64,000 bases of DNA. It comes from a virus. Positions 60,659-64,000 of the stretch are shown piece by piece; the first letter of the stretch is position 1; each line of letters opens with the position of its first letter. Under the pieces are notes generated by a model. The model did no database searches, had not been told where the DNA came from, and worked only from the letters and a program-made list of their open reading frames with translations. A program made the position numbers and the translations under genes. The stretch is taken from the IMG/VR virus record IMGVR_UViG_3300037408_000506. One strand, given 5' to 3'.

Positions 60659-61027
60659 ATGCCGAAGAAACTGCCACCCAACCCAGACGACCTGCCGGTT
60701 CTTCAACCCGTGAAAAGCTCCAACGTCTACGCGATTGGGTACAGCATCCGCGATCAGAAGCTGTTCGTGCAATTCCGGGTAGCCGGAACGGAACGCCCCG
60801 CACCAGGCGCCCTCTACCGTTACGATAGCGTCCCGATTGCGGTGTGGCGGCGGTTCAAGGATGCCAAGAGCAAGGGGCACTTCCTGGCCGCGCACATCAA
60901 GGGCACCTACTGGTACATGCGCTGGACGGGCCGCACGTGGAGGGCCGAGACCGCCCTGCGGTTCGACTCGTCGAAGAAGAAGCGGATGCGGCAACAGGCG
61001 ATCAAGCTGCGTGACAGTACCAGTTGA
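60659..61027 (+). CDS. KTSC-domain protein
   Basis: PVKSSNVYAIGY...LFVQF...LYRY..VP..VW..F..AKSKG.F....IKG.Y. Confidence 0.85.
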   Translation: MPKKLPPNPDDLPVLQPVKSSNVYAIGYSIRDQKLFVQFRVAGTERPAPGALYRYDSVPIAVWRRFKDAKSKGHFLAAHIKGTYWYMRWTGRTWRAETALRFDSSKKKRMRQQAIKLRDSTS

Positions 61028-61051
61028 CAAACGACCCCCAATGGGTAGGAT
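61024..61051 (+). promoter_or_regulatory. sigma70-type promoter
   Basis: TTGACA-N16-TAGGAT. Confidence 0.7.
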
Positions 61052-61067
61052 GCGAACCTGGGTTCGC
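61052..61067. promoter_or_regulatory. 16-bp palindrome copy 12 (reverse), abutting the -10 box
   Basis: GCGAACCTGGGTTCGC begins directly after TAGGAT, over the expected start site. Confidence 0.85.
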
Positions 61068-61078
61068 GTGGAGACACC

Positions 61079-61297
61079 ATGGATATCTGGATCGTGACAT
61101 CGGCGGCGACAGAGGAAGACAAGTACGGCACGATCTTGTCGGTGCAGGTGCGGTGCTTTGGGGTATTCACGACGCCCGACGAGGCGAACGGGGTGGCGGA
61201 TCGGCACCAAGGGCACGTCACCCCCATGGTCACAGACCAGGACGAGATGGTGCGCTTGGAGCGCTGGTTTAACCCTGGCTTTGCCACGCGAGGATAG
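61079..61297 (+). CDS. Small hypothetical protein
   Basis: GGAG SD. Confidence 0.55.
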   Translation: MDIWIVTSAATEEDKYGTILSVQVRCFGVFTTPDEANGVADRHQGHVTPMVTDQDEMVRLERWFNPGFATRG

Positions 61298-61302
61298 GGG
61301 CG

Positions 61303-61509
61303 ATGCGACCCATGGGACTCCTGGAAGCCCTTGGCTTGGCGGAGGAGGTCGGATCGCGGGCGCTAACGTTTGACGAGCTGTTGTTCATGGCGGACGCGCG
61401 CAAGCGCAAGGGCTGCAAGATGATCAAGCGCCAGTTGACGGCAGAGGACATCCAGCGCGTGCTGGAGTTGGGCCGCAAGTGCGCGGCGCATAAGGAGATG
61501 ACCAGATGA
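61303..61509 (+). CDS. Small hypothetical protein
   Basis: In the gene run; ATGA overlap with groES. Confidence 0.5.
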   Translation: MRPMGLLEALGLAEEVGSRALTFDELLFMADARKRKGCKMIKRQLTAEDIQRVLELGRKCAAHKEMTR

Positions 61510-61784
61510 CATCAGTTGACATGCTCGGTTCCTACATCCTGATCCAGCGGGACAAGCCCGAGGAGAAGCGCAGCCCGGGCGGGATCGTGATGCCCGCGCA
61601 GGCGACGGCGAACCCGACCTGGGCGAACGTCGTGGCGGTGGGGGACGCGGCAGGCACCAAGCTAAAGGCGGGCGACCGCATCCTCGTGAGCAAGTTTGCA
61701 GGGGCGGACGTCATGATCGGGGAGGAGCAGTGCTTCGTCGTGCGCCTGGACGACGTGTACGGGGTGGAGCGCAAGGCCGGTTGA
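61506..61784 (+). CDS. groES: Co-chaperonin GroES (Cpn10)
   Basis: LG.YILIQR...EK.SPGGIVMP...VVAVG...LKAGDRIL.SKFAG..V.I.EE...VVR.DDV.GV. Confidence 0.9.
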   Translation: MTSVDMLGSYILIQRDKPEEKRSPGGIVMPAQATANPTWANVVAVGDAAGTKLKAGDRILVSKFAGADVMIGEEQCFVVRLDDVYGVERKAG

Positions 61785-61808
61785 CAAATACGCCAGGGGC
61801 GTTAAAAT
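61781..61808 (+). promoter_or_regulatory. sigma70-type promoter
   Basis: TTGACA-N16-TAAAAT. Confidence 0.75.
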
Positions 61809-61848
61809 TGCAATGATGCCGGACGAGGATGTTCGGCGGGGAGTGGCC

Positions 61849-62130
61849 ATGATCGACTACATGCACATTGTCCAGGGATTCAAGGCGTCGCTCGCGTTGG
61901 AGTTCGAGCGGTTCGAGGATCAACAGCATCTGGACTGCGCGGACTTGGACCGCATGGCGGCCGTCAGCGCACAGATCACGATCCTCAACAGCGTTCACTC
62001 GGCGCTGCTCTATGCGGAGAATGTTGAGCTGGATCGCCAGTACCTCGCGCATCGGTCACGGGGACTGGACGGCGAGGACAACTGCCAGGATGCGGAGTGC
62101 GAAGTTGCGCGCCTGGAGAAGATTGGATGA
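61849..62130 (+). CDS. Hypothetical protein
   Basis: GGGGAG SD before ATG 61849, downstream of the promoter. Confidence 0.55.
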   Translation: MIDYMHIVQGFKASLALEFERFEDQQHLDCADLDRMAAVSAQITILNSVHSALLYAENVELDRQYLAHRSRGLDGEDNCQDAECEVARLEKIG

Positions 62131-62399
62131 GTCCGTGCCGATGCGGCGACGTCTGCTGCTGGCGCTGCGGGCTTGGCGGGGACGTCCATGTTGATGCGCC
62201 GCCGGACCCGCCGGTGCGGTGCGTCTGCGGACACCTGGGGACGTGGGTCAGCGGGCGCATTCAGTGGGAGGAGACGGAGGACGAGGATGGCCGGGTGAGC
62301 CTGGAGCCCCAGGAGACCCGGGAGTGGTTCAGGTGCGAGGCGTGTGGACACAGGTGGTCTGTCACGCAACCCATAGAAAGGGGTGGCGGTCATGCGTAG
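62127..62399 (+). CDS. Multi-Cys zinc-binding protein
   Basis: CRCG..CC..CG, CVCG, CEAC. Confidence 0.55.
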   Translation: MSPCRCGDVCCWRCGLGGDVHVDAPPDPPVRCVCGHLGTWVSGRIQWEETEDEDGRVSLEPQETREWFRCEACGHRWSVTQPIERGGGHA

Positions 62400-63099
62400 G
62401 ATTTGTTGGGCACTGGTGTTGATGGCGGGGTGCTCGGATCCGACCGGGGCCTTCTCGGACGATCCCGACGAGTCGGCGACCGAGACCGTGTCGGACAAGG
62501 CGACCGAGGCGACGGCGGACGAGACGGACGAGACGGACGAGACGATTTCTGAGACGGCAGGGTCCGCTTCTGAGACGGGATCGGGTGCGGGGACCGGCAG
62601 CGCGACCGTGGACACGGGGACGGGGCAGGGGACGGCGGGAACGGGGAGTGCCACGGTGGATACGGACACGGGTGTGCCGCCTTGCTCACAGACATGCGTC
62701 GATCAGTATGTCGACTGCATCAAGGGCACGGTGGAGGCGGAATCCTGCCCGAATCATGGGTTCTGTTGCCAGCCGCGTGCGACGGACACGGGGACAGGCA
62801 CGGGGTCAACGGACACGGTGCCTCCATGCGCTGGAACCTGCTCCAACTGGAGCGGATGCGCGGGGGATTGGCACGAAATCCCTGGCTCTTGCCCTCTCGG
62901 GCACGCTTGCTGCGAAGAGGATTCCGATACGGGCAGCGCGACGGGGGACACGGATACGAACCCGCAACCCTGCCCGCAGGACGAGGGCGTCTCCTACATC
63001 TGCGAGTACCGGGGATACTGCACGGGCCGGTGGCAGGAGGATACGGACTACTACTGCCCCCAGCCGAATGACTGGGCGTGCTGTCACAAGATATACTGA
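62392..63099 (+). CDS. Lipoprotein with T/D/G-rich stalk and three 6-Cys repeats
   Basis: Signal MRRICWALVLMAG-C; repeats end in CP-x(4-6)-CC. Confidence 0.75.
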   Translation: MRRICWALVLMAGCSDPTGAFSDDPDESATETVSDKATEATADETDETDETISETAGSASETGSGAGTGSATVDTGTGQGTAGTGSATVDTDTGVPPCSQTCVDQYVDCIKGTVEAESCPNHGFCCQPRATDTGTGTGSTDTVPPCAGTCSNWSGCAGDWHEIPGSCPLGHACCEEDSDTGSATGDTDTNPQPCPQDEGVSYICEYRGYCTGRWQEDTDYYCPQPNDWACCHKIY

Positions 63100-63285
63100 G
63101 TGGAGGGGCGTGCGACGATGGATGGACCTGGATACAGGGCGAGGATGCCCATGAGGTCGGCGATGCTGAAGACGGAGTGGGACGAGAGGCAAGAGCGTGA
63201 AGCATGGGTTTGGAATCGCATATCCCTGGTGGCCTGTTTGGCGTTCCTGGCGGTGGCGATCATTGCGCGATGTTGTGAGGCATAG
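63100..63285 (+). CDS. Small membrane protein
   Basis: C-terminal TM ISLVACLAFLAVAIIA; start uncertain. Confidence 0.4.
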   Translation: MEGRATMDGPGYRARMPMRSAMLKTEWDERQEREAWVWNRISLVACLAFLAVAIIARCCEA

Positions 63286-63286
63286 C

Positions 63287-63625
63287 ATGGGACGAAAATT
63301 GACCAAGGATGAGTACCTCCAGAAGCGGGTATTCCCGCTGCTGGAGCGGGCGCACCGGCTCTGCGCCGAGCGCGAGATCGCGCTGTTCTTTGCGGCGCGA
63401 TGCAGCGCGGAAGGCGGGGTCATAGGCGTTGTGGCATCGAACGAGGAGGGGAAGCCGATCCCCTTCGCGCAGGAGATGATCGAGTTGAGGAGGCATCAGG
63501 AGATCATGTCCAGTGGGATACTGGAAGTGCTCAAGTCGTCTCTCATGCAGCACCTGAAGGAGGCGCATCCGGACTGCACGGGGGATTGCGCGTCGTGCGC
63601 AGGGAAGCCGGAGGTGGACGCATGA
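63287..63625 (+). CDS. Hypothetical protein with C-terminal CxxxCxxC
   Basis: GAGG SD. Confidence 0.55.
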   Translation: MGRKLTKDEYLQKRVFPLLERAHRLCAEREIALFFAARCSAEGGVIGVVASNEEGKPIPFAQEMIELRRHQEIMSSGILEVLKSSLMQHLKEAHPDCTGDCASCAGKPEVDA

Positions 63626-64000
63626 GTCGCGAGTACCGGGTCTGGGTGACGGCGGCGGCGGCGAGTCGGGAAGAGGCGCAGAGCATTGAGCAGGCGGTGG
63701 AGGAGATCTGGCCGGTGCAAGATGCCGACGCTCCAGGGGCGATACCGCAGGCGGCGGGGACATATCGAGTGATCCTGCGTGGGGATGGGACGCTGACCGG
63801 CGGGCGGACGTTGGACGTCCTCGCACGGGAGATCCAGCGGAACGTCTGGACGCAGATCCAGAAGTACGTGGAGATCCATGTGACGGGCACCTGCCTGGAG
63901 CCCGACGAGGTGGCGGTGAGTACCATGGCGGACTTTGAGCGTGAGTGGGACGTGGGAATGCTGGATACGTACTGCTGTGATTGTGGCGATCGGATCCCCT
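63622..64000 (+). CDS. 3'-truncated hypothetical protein
   Basis: GGAGG SD, ATGA overlap; frame open to the window end. Confidence 0.55.
   Translation, partial: MSREYRVWVTAAAASREEAQSIEQAVEEIWPVQDADAPGAIPQAAGTYRVILRGDGTLTGGRTLDVLAREIQRNVWTQIQKYVEIHVTGTCLEPDEVAVSTMADFEREWDVGMLDTYCCDCGDRIP

Noticed and set aside
4998-61067. 16-bp palindromes as CRISPR repeats or tRNA T-loops (GGTTCG)
   Set aside because: Copies are kilobases apart with no spacer array and no cas genes, and no cloverleaf or acceptor stem surrounds any copy.
4998-61067. Palindromes as shufflon/invertase crossover sites
   Set aside because: No recombinase in the window, and genes between oppositely oriented copies remain co-oriented on the + strand.
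1-64000. Stop-codon reassignment as seen in some large phages
   Set aside because: The standard code gives dense, coupled genes with intact recognisable domains ending at TAG, TGA and TAA.

Overview
A 64-kb segment of a large, GC-rich tailed phage or prophage. No host housekeeping genes, rRNA, tRNA or CRISPR array were seen. Baseplate and tube-like genes suggest a contractile tail, and spanin-like and lipoprotein genes suggest a diderm host. Almost all genes are on the + strand. Layout: (1) 1-33.4 kb virion module with a duplicated three-gene spike cassette, two very long modular tail fibres (one with an S74 chaperone), holin, baseplate/tube proteins, a permuted papain-like amidase and a spanin-like pair. 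(2) 33.7-44 kb locus in which at least 11 protein modules begin with the same ~10-aa tag, M-R-x-L-I-x-x-L-E-E, either at the N-terminus or internally behind a Shine-Dalgarno-like sequence. This resembles the T4 capsid-targeting sequence and prohead-protease site. It marks a candidate set of head-packaged, injected cargo proteins (Zn-metallopeptidase, YodL-like domain, catalytically dead ComM-like fragment) around an untagged AdoMet decarboxylase. (3) 44-64 kb of small early/accessory genes behind sigma70-type promoters: Bro/ANT antirepressor, N6-adenine MTase, SWIM, J-domain, HD alarmone-hydrolase-like, vWA, KTSC, GroES and a Cys-rich lipoprotein. A 16-bp palindrome, GCGAACC-NN-GGTTCGC, occurs 12 times across the window, mostly in intergenic gaps and next to promoters, like an operator/'stoperator' network. 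All product calls come from motif recognition by eye; no database searches were run.
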